From: an uncultured Pseudomonadota bacterium
GTDB lineage: Bacteria; Pseudomonadota; Alphaproteobacteria; RF32; CAG-239
Assembly (NCBI GenBank): GCA_902761535.1
Contig: CACWKS010000001.1
Location: 26,177-90,176, forward strand
Length of the DNA stretch: 64,000 nucleotides
Reading direction: 5' to 3'
The position numbers and the translations under genes were made by a program. The notes below the pieces were generated by a model, which was given only the letters and a program-made list of their open reading frames with translations, ran no database searches and was not told the DNA's origin. Below are positions 1 to 9,120 of the stretch, one piece after another (the first letter of the stretch is position 1; every line of letters starts with the position of its first letter).

Positions 1-100
1 CCACCAACAAAACCATCATTACATCCATCAAATTGGTTATATTTATATCTGAATTCAGGCGAAATCGCTTTGAACGACGACGAAGTTGAACTCCCTGCAT
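1..100 (-). CDS. tolR: TolR/ExbD family protein, 5' part (runs off the window)
   Basis: Hand translation MQGVQLRRRSKRFRLNSDINITNLMDVMMVLLV matches the ExbD/TolR N-terminal motif (INxTxLxDVMLVLL); lies directly downstream of tolQ. Confidence 0.85.
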   Translation of the reverse strand, partial: MQGVQLRRRSKRFRLNSDINITNLMDVMMVLLV

Positions 101-102
101 AA

Positions 103-846
103 CTATTCTCCCGCCATATCGGCTCTGATTGCGCTGTCATCAATTTCGCGCGACATTATGGTTGAAAATTCCGACATAAAAGCTTCCAATTTCTTGGCAT
201 ATCTATCCAAATCCGAAGAAATCTTGTTATAAGCTACTACCGCCGGAATCGCAGCAATCAATCCGAAAGCCGTGGTGAACAATGCTTCAGCAATACCCGG
301 AGCCATTGCAGACAACGAGTTGCTCTGCGTCAAAGCAATTGCATTAAAACTGTTAATAATGCCCCAAACCGTACCGAACAATCCGACCAAAGGTGCTACC
401 GATCCGGTTGAAGCCAAAAATCCCAAATGGGTTTCCAATGAATCCAAATCCTTATCCATTGTTACCATCATCGCTTTTTCAATGCGTTGTTGTAACGACA
501 CCCCGCGCAAACCTCTATCGGTCTTAGCTTTTAAAATATTGGTACGTTTCCATTCCTTCATTGCCGCCATAAACATATTAGCCATCGGTTCATTCGGCGA
601 TGCCCCCAGAGAATCATACAATCTGTCCAACGATCCCCCGGACCAAAAACTCTCCTCAAATTTAGCGGTTTTTTGTTTTAATTGGCGCAACAATCCCATT
701 TTTTCAAAAATAATTGCCCACGACCAAACCGATGCCAAAATCAACCCGATTAACACTACTTTAGTCACGCTGTCAGCCGACCAAACCAAATCCCACATCG
801 AGCTTCCGCCTGTCTCTGTTGCATTTTCAATAACTTCCGTTTCCAT
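103..846 (-). CDS. tolQ: Tol-Pal system protein TolQ (MotA/TolQ/ExbB family)
   Basis: SVWSWAIIFEK, FWSGGSL, APLVGLFGTVWGIINSF and APGIAEALFTTAFGLIAAIPAV motifs; start placed at METEV. Confidence 0.93.
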   Translation of the reverse strand: METEVIENATETGGSSMWDLVWSADSVTKVVLIGLILASVWSWAIIFEKMGLLRQLKQKTAKFEESFWSGGSLDRLYDSLGASPNEPMANMFMAAMKEWKRTNILKAKTDRGLRGVSLQQRIEKAMMVTMDKDLDSLETHLGFLASTGSVAPLVGLFGTVWGIINSFNAIALTQSNSLSAMAPGIAEALFTTAFGLIAAIPAVVAYNKISSDLDRYAKKLEAFMSEFSTIMSREIDDSAIRADMAGE

Positions 847-1265
847 TTCTTTCACCTTTATAATCAAAATTGTAAAACCTTGTCGCCAACATAACAAAAA
901 ATCCTAAATAATCAATTAACTTTACTTAGTTTTTATAACTTTTTTATTTAGTTTCGACCAAATTTATAGTTGGAAAAACAATATGCATAAAAATATATTT
1001 TATATAACTGATGGCCAAGATTAATGTAAATTATTGTTTGAAATAGAAAATTTGGAATAATCTGTGACAACCTCAATAGAACCAACGTTTATAGAATTTA
1101 TAATAAATTAGAAGAATCTGTAAAACTTGGAAAATTATGAACAATTTACTTAATCGGCACCCTTCTGGCTCTCCTAATATTGAAATTCCTCAAACAAATA
1201 CAACAAATACATCTCCATATTATAACCGGAATCAACCAAAATCCCTATAATAAATCTTCTCAATT

Positions 1266-1297
1266 AAAAAAGCTCGACCTCACGTCGAGCTTTTTTT
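1266..1297. terminator. Rho-independent terminator after atpF (bidirectional shape)
   Basis: AAAAAAGCTCGAC-CTCAC-GTCGAGCTTTTTT inverted repeat. Confidence 0.85.
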
Positions 1298-1310
1298 CAA
1301 ACCAGAGCTG

Positions 1311-1919
1311 TTATGCCGCTTTTTCTAATTCTTTAATCGCGTCATCTATCAACTTTTCCTGCGATTTATCATCTAATTCTTTTTGCAACAGTTTCCTCAC
1401 CGTTGCCATAGTCAACTCAGCGGTTTTCACTGCCACCTCTCCGGCCGCATTCTCCTCTGCCAATGCCAAATGAGCTTTGGTTTCTTCTTCACGTTTTTTC
1501 ATATCTGCTTCCAAACGCTGCAAAGTTTCTCTCTTCAAAATCTCCACCTCATGTTCGGAACGCTTTAACATTTCAGCGGCTTCTTTTTCTGCACCACGAA
1601 ATTTACGCTCATATTCCGCCAACATTCTTTGTGCATCTTCCTTTAAATCAACCGCCTCTTTAATTCTTTGGGCAATTTGTTCACCTCGACCGCGCAATAA
1701 TCCCATAACTGCTTTGCCAACCGGGCGAGCTAACAACAAAACCACCAGCACAAAAGCCATACCGACCCAAAATTCAGCTTCCAAATAAAAAGCCTCATGT
1801 CCATGTGTACTTAATTCTTGTGCAGTATTTTCCAAAGCTGTCGCCACACTTTCCGCCGCATTTAAAACTGCATCTTGCGTAGCATCTATAATCTCTTTAT
1901 TGGGCATAACTTCATCCAT
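1311..1919 (-). CDS. atpF: F0F1 ATP synthase subunit b
   Basis: AEFWVGMAFVLVVLLL transmembrane helix followed by a coiled coil; last gene of the atpIBEF'F cluster. Confidence 0.9.
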   Translation of the reverse strand: MDEVMPNKEIIDATQDAVLNAAESVATALENTAQELSTHGHEAFYLEAEFWVGMAFVLVVLLLARPVGKAVMGLLRGRGEQIAQRIKEAVDLKEDAQRMLAEYERKFRGAEKEAAEMLKRSEHEVEILKRETLQRLEADMKKREEETKAHLALAEENAAGEVAVKTAELTMATVRKLLQKELDDKSQEKLIDDAIKELEKAA

Positions 1920-1923
1920 CTGC

Positions 1924-2409
1924 CTATTCCTTCTTCAAGCTGTCCAACACCTTTTGTGCCTTATCTAAACTAACTCCGGCAAACCCGACTTTTGCCAACA
2001 CATCAACCGCCAAAGTTGCTGCGGCATCTTCCACTTTTTGCAAAGCTTTATTTTTTGCCGCATCAATCCGTTTTTCCCCTTGTTCTATTTCAGCATTAAG
2101 TCTGGCAGCCAAATCCGATTGCTTGCGAGTAACTGTTTCATTCAACTCGTCTTTTGTTTTTTGCAATTCCATATTGGCTTTTTGACTGGCCTCGCGCACA
2201 GCCGTCTCATAACGTGTTATTCCTTCTTCGACTCGCTTTTTCAGCTCAGTTGCTTTGGCTAATTCGCCGTCAATTTTTTCTTTACGCAAATTAATCATCT
2301 CCGCAGTCTTAGGAATAATGAATTTACTCATTATAAACAACAAAGTAAAAAAACAAATCGTCAACCAAAAAAACTGCGACGGAAAAACACTAAAATCTAA
2401 CTGTGGCAT
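1924..2409 (-). CDS. F0F1 ATP synthase subunit b'
   Basis: MPQLDFSVFPSQFFWL signature of alphaproteobacterial b'. Confidence 0.92.
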   Translation of the reverse strand: MPQLDFSVFPSQFFWLTICFFTLLFIMSKFIIPKTAEMINLRKEKIDGELAKATELKKRVEEGITRYETAVREASQKANMELQKTKDELNETVTRKQSDLAARLNAEIEQGEKRIDAAKNKALQKVEDAAATLAVDVLAKVGFAGVSLDKAQKVLDSLKKE

Positions 2410-2511
2410 ACCTCAAACCCCAATCACCAATTTTGCCTTACCAATGCGGAAACTCAAAAAAGAAGCTATCGAGTTTCCGCTTATGATAAGGATTATCAAT
2501 AAATATATTAA

Positions 2512-2733
2512 CTAGTTGCCGGTTAACATAACCAAAGCAATAACCAAAGCATACAAAGCAATGGCTTCTACGGCGGCAAATCCGGCCCAACCGTAAATAT
2601 CAACGTCCTTCTTAACTTGAGGATTGCGACCAACGGTCGAAATAATAGTTGTCCAAACTTGTGACACACCCCAAGCAGCAACAGTCATTGATAAAGCGCA
2701 CAATCCGGCACCGATATAAGCTAATGGTTCCAT
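2512..2733 (-). CDS. atpE: F0F1 ATP synthase subunit c
   Basis: 73-aa two-helix hairpin with IGAGL, GRNP loop and conserved Glu in AAVEAIALY; operon position. Confidence 0.92.
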   Translation of the reverse strand: MEPLAYIGAGLCALSMTVAAWGVSQVWTTIISTVGRNPQVKKDVDIYGWAGFAAVEAIALYALVIALVMLTGN

Positions 2734-2782
2734 AATTTTAATCCTTTCATTTAATCAAATAAGTTTCGTATCCATAATTATA

Positions 2783-3505
2783 TTAGTGTTCATGAATTGC
2801 ATCACCGAGGTAAATACAACTCAGCACTGTATAAATAAAGGCTTGCAGCAAAGAGATAAAAATCTCAAAGCATATAATCGCGCTGTCAAACAACAACGGG
2901 ACCGCCCCTAATACCCCCAGCCCGACAATGAAGCCGGCGATAATCTTCAACATAATATGACCGACTGTCATATTAGCAACCAAACGCACTGTCAAGCTGA
3001 ACGGCTTTGACAGAAACGAAATCATCTCAATCGGCACAATCAGCGGTGCCAAAGCAAGCGGTATACCTCTCGGCAAAAATGTTCGCAACCAACCGATTCT
3101 TTTCTTTTTTATACCGATACAAATATTAAACAATAAAGCAATAATCGATAAACATCCGACCGCAGTTAAATGTGACGTAAAAGTAAATGCATACGGAAAC
3201 AACCCCAAAACATTACCGAAGGCAACAAAAGTAAATACCGTGAAAATAAACGGAAAATATTTTAATCCTTCAACTCCGACATTTTCACGCAACAGATTAT
3301 GCACAAACTCATACATCCCTTCCACTAAAGATTGAGCAGCATTAGGCACCAACGTTCTTTTACGCAAACACAATCCGAACATAAACGTACAAGCAACCAC
3401 CGCAATCACCATAAATAGCGACGAATTGGTAAACGACACATCAACATCACCGATTTTTATCGGCATAAGCGTCTTTATTTCAAATTGTTCCATCGGATTT
3501 GACAT
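2783..3505 (-). CDS. atpB: F0F1 ATP synthase subunit a
   Basis: PMEQFEI, FTNSSLFM, PIEMISFLSKPFSLTVRLVANMTVGH and LQAFIYTVL motifs. Confidence 0.96.
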   Translation of the reverse strand: MSNPMEQFEIKTLMPIKIGDVDVSFTNSSLFMVIAVVACTFMFGLCLRKRTLVPNAAQSLVEGMYEFVHNLLRENVGVEGLKYFPFIFTVFTFVAFGNVLGLFPYAFTFTSHLTAVGCLSIIALLFNICIGIKKKRIGWLRTFLPRGIPLALAPLIVPIEMISFLSKPFSLTVRLVANMTVGHIMLKIIAGFIVGLGVLGAVPLLFDSAIICFEIFISLLQAFIYTVLSCIYLGDAIHEH

Positions 3506-3517
3506 AAATCCCAACTC

Positions 3518-3820
3518 CTATTTTTTATTTTCTTCTGCTTTGGCCAAGCGATACACATTCAAAATTCCGGCCGCTCCGCCAAAAATTAAAAAAACAATCA
3601 AACACCACGGCTTTGTTCCAAACCAACTATCCAAAACATAACCTAATGCCGCCCCCACAATCACCGCTGATAACAAATCGGCACAGATTCTTAAACCGAT
3701 TCGCGATGCTCGTGTCTTGTCGGAATCGCTTTTACTTTCATGCCGTAAACTAGCCTCTTTAGCTTTCAACTCGGCAATTTTTCTATCCAACAATTCGACA
3801 TCTTTTGGCATTTTTATCAT
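3518..3820 (-). CDS. atpI: AtpZ/AtpI family ATP synthase accessory protein
   Basis: DLLSAVIVGAALGYVLDSWFGTKPW motif; first gene of the F0 operon. Confidence 0.88.
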   Translation of the reverse strand: MIKMPKDVELLDRKIAELKAKEASLRHESKSDSDKTRASRIGLRICADLLSAVIVGAALGYVLDSWFGTKPWCLIVFLIFGGAAGILNVYRLAKAEENKK

Positions 3821-3881
3821 GAGAGAGAGCCTACAACACTATTTATTAATCAGTTATTAAAAAAATCAATTATTCCACAGA

Positions 3882-4604
3882 CTAATTATAAATAGCACTT
3901 AAATGCTTATCTATAATTTTTTTCATATCTTCAAACGAGCGACTTCCAGCGATAGCCTCATTACCCTTACTTGAAGACACAATAAATGTTGGGGTACCTT
4001 GAATTCCCAACTTATCCAAACCGGCCTTTCTGTCCCCCAATATCCGTGCAGCCGTTTTATCATCTTTCAAGCAAATTGCAGCCTTTTCGGCACCTACTCC
4101 GCTCCAAGCGGCCAACTTTTTTAATTCTTTTTGCGGATCAAAAGACATCATCCAATCGCGTTGTTTTTTAAATAACAGCCCCGCAAAATCAAAATATTTA
4201 TCCTCGCCCACGCATTCAGCCAACAGAGCCGCATCCATCGAATTTTTATCCAAAGGCAAAGGTACAAACACTATTCTTACCGCTCCGTTATCGACATATT
4301 CTCTGATAATTTCCGGCAAAACTTCCAAATGCGTATCGGCACAATGTGAACATCCGAAAGAAGAATATTCATAAACAGTAACTTTTGCATTCCGATTGCC
4401 TAAAATATGATCACTCGGAAAAGCAAAATTAGCCGGTATATCCTTTTTTACAGCCTCTTCTTCCGCAGCATAAGCCTTTCTCAAAACAAAACCCTGTTGC
4501 TCATCAAACTCAAATCCTTTTGATGATAAATAAAAAGATGCCGCTAATAAAAAAACAACTCCGCCGGCAACCCAAGCACTGACTTTTTTTATAAAACTTT
4601 CCAT
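3882..4604 (-). CDS. DsbA-family thioredoxin-fold protein, membrane anchored
   Basis: LGNRNAKVTVYEYSSFGCSHCA (CxxC) and cis-Pro motif IQGTPTF. Confidence 0.9.
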   Translation of the reverse strand: MESFIKKVSAWVAGGVVFLLAASFYLSSKGFEFDEQQGFVLRKAYAAEEEAVKKDIPANFAFPSDHILGNRNAKVTVYEYSSFGCSHCADTHLEVLPEIIREYVDNGAVRIVFVPLPLDKNSMDAALLAECVGEDKYFDFAGLLFKKQRDWMMSFDPQKELKKLAAWSGVGAEKAAICLKDDKTAARILGDRKAGLDKLGIQGTPTFIVSSSKGNEAIAGSRSFEDMKKIIDKHLSAIYN

Positions 4605-4608
4605 TTTT

Positions 4609-5133
4609 CTATCCGTTCTTCTTATTATTCGCCACAATTGCACGTCCTAATTTTTCTAAAGTTGCGCGCAATTCTTGATTATTAATTCCTTTTAACTGTT
4701 GCCTAATATAATTTTCTTCTTCCTCGCTAACAAGTTTTTTTTCAGAGTTATCACTAGATAAAGACAATTCTTTCGCTATTTGCAGATTCTGCATTATTTT
4801 CAAACGCTCAACTGCCTCATAGCCGAAAAAAACATTCACCTTACTTAATACAATCTTTGATTTTTGTTGCAATTCCAACGCCAATGCACCGCTTGCCGCC
4901 TCGATATATAACACTCCTCCTTTACGCTCGTCTTTCTTAAAATCTATCCTTATCGGCTTAGTTAATTTTGCTAACTCTTCTCCGACAATCTCACCCCAAT
5001 TAGCTATTACATCAGCTTCAACAAAAGCTTTTCTGCCTAATATTTTGCGCGCAAAAACACCCACGACTGCATCCATACTGCACAAATCGCCGCATCTGCG
5101 TTCCGAACTTACGATTTCTTTTTCATTTTTCAT
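4609..5133 (-). CDS. DUF721/DciA-family protein
   Basis: WGEIVGEELA...ALELQ...KVNVFFGYEAVERLKIMQ; position upstream of dsbA is typical of Alphaproteobacteria. Confidence 0.8.
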   Translation of the reverse strand: MKNEKEIVSSERRCGDLCSMDAVVGVFARKILGRKAFVEADVIANWGEIVGEELAKLTKPIRIDFKKDERKGGVLYIEAASGALALELQQKSKIVLSKVNVFFGYEAVERLKIMQNLQIAKELSLSSDNSEKKLVSEEEENYIRQQLKGINNQELRATLEKLGRAIVANNKKNG

Positions 5134-5180
5134 AATGATTCAATTTGTAACAAACTCTATTCACAAGCGCAAGGCTTTTA

Positions 5181-5210
5181 TTGACTCTTTACTCTTATCG
5201 CGAATATAAT
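5181..5210 (+). promoter_or_regulatory. Putative sigma70 promoter for fliO-fliP
   Basis: TTGACT-N18-TATAAT, followed by a GAGGA RBS before ATG 5237. Confidence 0.5.
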
Positions 5211-5236
5211 TCTTTCACAACTGCGAGGAACTATCA

Positions 5237-5524
5237 ATGGAAAACGGACAAATCATAACGGCAATTTTAGGTTTAATATTTGTACTTGGTTTAGCTCTTA
5301 TAACCATTGCCATACTAAAATGGTTGCAAACTAAAGGAGCCGATTTTTGTTTATGCAAAAAAATTAAAAACACCAAACATATCAATATAATTGAACAACG
5401 CCGCCTTGATACTCGCAATTCAATAGTTTTACTGGAAAACGACGGTAATCGTTACTTATTATTGGTCGGAGCCGATTCGTCGATTATCATCGACCAAACC
5501 AAAGTGAAAGGTTCTGCCAAATGA
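5237..5524 (+). CDS. fliO: FliO/MopB-like flagellar export protein
   Basis: One N-terminal TM helix, then IIEQRRLDTRNSIVLLENDGNRYLLLVG (FliO-like); overlaps the fliP start. Confidence 0.7.
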   Translation: MENGQIITAILGLIFVLGLALITIAILKWLQTKGADFCLCKKIKNTKHINIIEQRRLDTRNSIVLLENDGNRYLLLVGADSSIIIDQTKVKGSAK

Positions 5525-6264
5525 TAAAAAAACTTTTCCCGATATTATTTTTATTAGTTGCCGGATTCTTTATTTGTGATTTGGCTTGTGCTCAGACTAT
5601 CAGCCTTAACATTGATGATGCCTCAACCGGTTCGGCAACTGCCCGTATTTTCAGCGTATTGGCCCTTATTACCGTATTGTCTTTGGCTCCGTCAATTGTC
5701 ATCATGATGACATCGTTCACCAGATTGATAGTTGTATTTTCGCTCACTCGTTCCGCTCTGGCCACCAATGCCACTCCTCCCAATATGGTTCTCATTTCAT
5801 TAGCTTTTTTCATGACAATATTTATTATGTCGCCTACTTTTGAAAAATCATGGGAAGAAGGCATCAGGCCGGTAATTGATGAAAAAATGGAGCTGTCCGA
5901 AGGTTTGGAAAAAGCAGCCCTTCCTTTAAAAGAATTTATGATAAACAACACTCGTGAAAAAGACTTAATGTTATTCAATGACTTATCTTCCCCCGAAGAT
6001 AAGGTTGAAAAAATTGAAGAAGCACCGCTTAAAATAACCATTCCCGCATTTATGATCAGCGAACTGCGCCGTGCTTTTGAAATAGGTTTCTTAATTTACC
6101 TGCCGTTTTTGATAATAGATATGGTGGTCGCTTCCGTCCTCATGTCTATGGGTATGATGATGCTGCCGCCCAGCGTAATTTCCTTACCGTTTAAGGTTAT
6201 TTTCTTTGTACTTATTGACGGATGGTATATGCTGGCCGGCTCGCTGATCAACAGCTTCCACTAA
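5521..6264 (+). CDS. fliP: Type III export gate protein FliP
   Basis: LSLAPSIVIMMTSFTRL, PPNMVL, PAFMISELRRAFEIGFLIYLPFLIIDMVVASVLMSMGMMMLPP and LPFKVIFFVLIDGW. Confidence 0.95.
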   Translation: MIKKLFPILFLLVAGFFICDLACAQTISLNIDDASTGSATARIFSVLALITVLSLAPSIVIMMTSFTRLIVVFSLTRSALATNATPPNMVLISLAFFMTIFIMSPTFEKSWEEGIRPVIDEKMELSEGLEKAALPLKEFMINNTREKDLMLFNDLSSPEDKVEKIEEAPLKITIPAFMISELRRAFEIGFLIYLPFLIIDMVVASVLMSMGMMMLPPSVISLPFKVIFFVLIDGWYMLAGSLINSFH

Positions 6265-6266
6265 CT

Positions 6267-7097
6267 TTACAGCAATTCACCATGCATTGCTCTTAATCTT
6301 TTTATTCTGTCTTGCGTCGAAGGGTGAGTGCTGAATAATCTCGCCAACCCCGGAATACCGCTGAATGGATTTACTATAAACATATGTGAGGTTTGCGAAG
6401 TAGCATTAGCCAATAAATTTCCTTTTGACGCATCCTCCAGTTTTTGCAAAGCTGATGCCAGCCATTCCGGATGTCTGGTCAAACGAGCAGCTCCCTCATC
6501 AGCCTTATATTCACGCTCGCGCGAAATTGACATTTGAATAATTACCGCTGCAATCGGCATTAATAAAACAGCCAAAGCCCCGTTTCCGCGGTGCTGACCG
6601 CCGCTGTTACCAACTCTGGCAAAATTTGCTAAATTGGCTATTGCTCCGGCAAAAGTCGCCGCTATCGTACCGGTCAGAATATCATAATGTCGAATATGGC
6701 TCATTTCATGCGCCAACACTCCCTCAATCTCTTTCTCTGACAACATTTTCAACAAACCTTGCGTTGCCGCAACTGCCGCATGCTTGGGATTACGGCCGGT
6801 TGCAAAAGCATTCGGCACATCTTCCGGAATAATATAAACTTTCGGCATCGGTAAATTAGCATTATAAGCCAAACGCTGCACTATCTGATAAAATCGCGGA
6901 CCTTGTTCCGGTAAAACTTCCACGGCCTTATATTGCCGCAATACCAATTTATCACTAAAAAAATAACTGAAAAAATTAAGTCCTAAACCGGCAAACAAAG
7001 CCATTTTCATACCTTGTTCTCCGCCAATCATATTACCGAAAAACATAAAGATAAGCACTAATACTGTCATTAAAATAAATGTCTTGCTTCTTCCCAT
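6267..7097 (-). CDS. htpX: Zinc metalloprotease HtpX (M48)
   Basis: PNAFATGRNP, HEMSH zinc motif, ISREREYKAD, FSTHP. Confidence 0.93.
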   Translation of the reverse strand: MGRSKTFILMTVLVLIFMFFGNMIGGEQGMKMALFAGLGLNFFSYFFSDKLVLRQYKAVEVLPEQGPRFYQIVQRLAYNANLPMPKVYIIPEDVPNAFATGRNPKHAAVAATQGLLKMLSEKEIEGVLAHEMSHIRHYDILTGTIAATFAGAIANLANFARVGNSGGQHRGNGALAVLLMPIAAVIIQMSISREREYKADEGAARLTRHPEWLASALQKLEDASKGNLLANATSQTSHMFIVNPFSGIPGLARLFSTHPSTQDRIKRLRAMHGELL

Positions 7098-7099
7098 TT

Positions 7100-7789
7100 T
7101 TATTTAGTCCTCTTAATCAAATCTTTAACAACTTCTCCGGCCATAATCAATCCTGCCGCTGCCGGCGTAAATGAGGTTGAACCTACAACCTCGCTTCCGT
7201 TTTTATGCGGTGATTCTTTAGAATAAACCACCTTCACATTATCAATTCCGCGTTTACGTAATTCCTTACGCATAACTGCCGCCAATGGACAAACGCTGGT
7301 CTGATAAATATCTGCAACTTCAAATGCTGCAGGATTAACCTTATTACCGGCTCCCATTGCTGATATTATTGCTACTTTAGCGCGTTTTGCCGCTTCAATC
7401 AAGCAGATTTTTCCACTTATCGTATCAATAGCATCAACAATATAATCATATTTTGCTACCTCAAATTGCTCTGCTGTTTCCGGTAAATAACGCATTTTAT
7501 AAACCGTCACTTTGCAATCAGGATTAATATCGGCGATTCTCTGGGCCGCCACTTCAACTTTATATTGCCCGAGTGTCGAATGAAAAGCATAAAGCTGGCG
7601 ATTAAGATTGGTTATTTCAAATTTATCGCTGTCAACTAAATCAATTGCCCCGATACCGCTGCGTGCTAATGCTTCCACCGCATAACTGCCAACTCCGCCT
7701 ACCCCGAACACTGCCACATGCGACAACTTCAGCTTTCTTAAAGCCTCTGTTCCGAAAATCAACTCACTGCGCGAAAATTGGTCTGCCAT
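7100..7789 (-). CDS. tcdA: tRNA threonylcarbamoyladenosine dehydratase (ThiF family)
   Basis: VAVFGVGGVGSY, TNLNRQ, DAID, SAMGAGNK, CPLAAVMRKELRKRG. Confidence 0.88.
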   Translation of the reverse strand: MADQFSRSELIFGTEALRKLKLSHVAVFGVGGVGSYAVEALARSGIGAIDLVDSDKFEITNLNRQLYAFHSTLGQYKVEVAAQRIADINPDCKVTVYKMRYLPETAEQFEVAKYDYIVDAIDTISGKICLIEAAKRAKVAIISAMGAGNKVNPAAFEVADIYQTSVCPLAAVMRKELRKRGIDNVKVVYSKESPHKNGSEVVGSTSFTPAAAGLIMAGEVVKDLIKRTK

Positions 7790-7911
7790 CTTATTTTCCT
7801 TATAAATCGACAATAATTATTATGGCAATTTTAATCGCTTGGCAAGAAAAATATCATCAACCCGATTGTTTTTACCTCTACCGTCATTATTTAAATTCAC
7901 CGGAGGTAAAA

Positions 7912-8403
7912 ATGCTGGTCAACGACAAAATGCAACAAAATTACGAATATTTTTATACCGCCCGCGAAGGTGAGGATTTTGCCTCTGATTTCACTCCTGA
8001 TTTGACTCCGCCGCAAATGCTGGCCTTGGGTGTTTTTGAAGGACACTATCTCAATGATTGCAAAAAAGAATTTCCTCATCAATGGTTCAAAAATGCCAAA
8101 TTATCCTTGCCTCAAGCCTGTGCCGAAATTAATTATTTTAAAATAAAGTCACGTATGTCATTATCCGAATGGAGACGGCGCGGTTGGATTATCGGTCCCG
8201 ACCCGCGAGGATGGTTTCAATGGTATTGCCGCTACTATATGGGACGCCGTATCCCTGAAATTGATGCTTGGCAAATCAAACGCTGGCGTGCCTTCAAACG
8301 GCACTATATCCAAGTTAAGAAAAATTGCCCGATTCTGGACTTTGATTGTCGCCGTCGTCAACGTCAAGCCTTACTGCAATGGGCTTATAATCCGCTGTTT
8401 TAA
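7912..8403 (+). CDS. Conserved hypothetical protein (GWFQWYCRYYMGRR motif)
   Basis: GGAGG RBS before ATG 7912; protein-like Trp/Arg-rich motifs. Confidence 0.8.
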   Translation: MLVNDKMQQNYEYFYTAREGEDFASDFTPDLTPPQMLALGVFEGHYLNDCKKEFPHQWFKNAKLSLPQACAEINYFKIKSRMSLSEWRRRGWIIGPDPRGWFQWYCRYYMGRRIPEIDAWQIKRWRAFKRHYIQVKKNCPILDFDCRRRQRQALLQWAYNPLF

Positions 8404-8418
8404 TTTTAGGAGAATCAA

Positions 8419-8985
8419 ATGAAATTACTTTATATTAATACCTGTGTTCGCAAAGAATCCCGCACCAAAATCCTGGCCGACTATTTGGTGGACAAGCTGA
8501 ATGCCGAAGTCAAACAAGTTGACGTTCCGACTTTAGATCTCAAACCGTTGGATGAATATATGCTGAATGTACGCACTCAATGGGTTGAACAAAAACAATT
8601 TGATGATGCCCTGTTTGACCTGGCAAAAGATTTTGCCTCCGCCGATATAATTGTCATCGCCGCCCCTTATTGGGATTTATCTTTCCCGACTTGGCTCAAA
8701 CTTTATATCGAACATATCAATATAATCGGTTTGCTTTTCAACTTCTCGCCCCAAGGCGATATAATTCCGTTATGCCGTGCTCAAAAACTTTATTATGTCA
8801 CCACCAAAGGCGGTTATAATGATGATAATTTCGGATTTGAATATATCAAAAATCTGGCGCAAAATTTCTATGGCATCACAGATGTAAATCTCATCAAAGC
8901 CGAAGGTCTGGATATTTACGGAACCGATATATCGAAAAAAATAATTCAAGCCCGCCGCGACATTGATGAATTACTCCTCGCTTAA
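8419..8985 (+). CDS. Flavodoxin-fold NAD(P)H-dependent oxidoreductase (AzoR/AcpD-like)
   Basis: INTCVRKESRT, DIIVIAAPYWDLSFPTWLKLYIE, YVTTKGG, AEGLD. Confidence 0.85.
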   Translation: MKLLYINTCVRKESRTKILADYLVDKLNAEVKQVDVPTLDLKPLDEYMLNVRTQWVEQKQFDDALFDLAKDFASADIIVIAAPYWDLSFPTWLKLYIEHINIIGLLFNFSPQGDIIPLCRAQKLYYVTTKGGYNDDNFGFEYIKNLAQNFYGITDVNLIKAEGLDIYGTDISKKIIQARRDIDELLLA

Positions 8986-8990
8986 AACCC

Positions 8991-9032
8991 AACCCCGTCA
9001 TTCATCCTCAGCCGAATAACGGGGTTATTTTT
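8991..9032 (+). terminator. Putative Rho-independent terminator
   Basis: AACCCCGTCATTC / GAATAACGGGGTT stem followed by a T-rich tract. Confidence 0.6.
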
Positions 9033-9120
9033 ATTCTTAAATTCAACGAATCCTTGACAATAAAATCTACACTCTGTTAAACTTTTGACAAATGTTTTAC
9101 CACTAAAAAAGGAGACTGCC

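Noticed and set aside
272-907. 211-aa plus-strand ORF and the many other antisense or nested ORFs in the track
   Set aside because: They are shadows of well-supported genes on the opposite strand or in another frame, with no motifs or RBS.
900-1260. AT-rich 360-bp intergenic region upstream of tolQ as a possible sRNA or small gene
   Set aside because: No convincing ORF, stable structure or repeat; consistent with a promoter region.
3846-3860. TTAA-N7-TTAA (CtrA-like box) upstream of atpI
   Set aside because: Expected by chance in such AT-rich DNA, and atp genes are not typical CtrA targets.
7645-7911. N-terminal extension of the 252-aa ORF
   Set aside because: It overlaps tcdA on the opposite strand; the GGAGG RBS supports a start at 7912.
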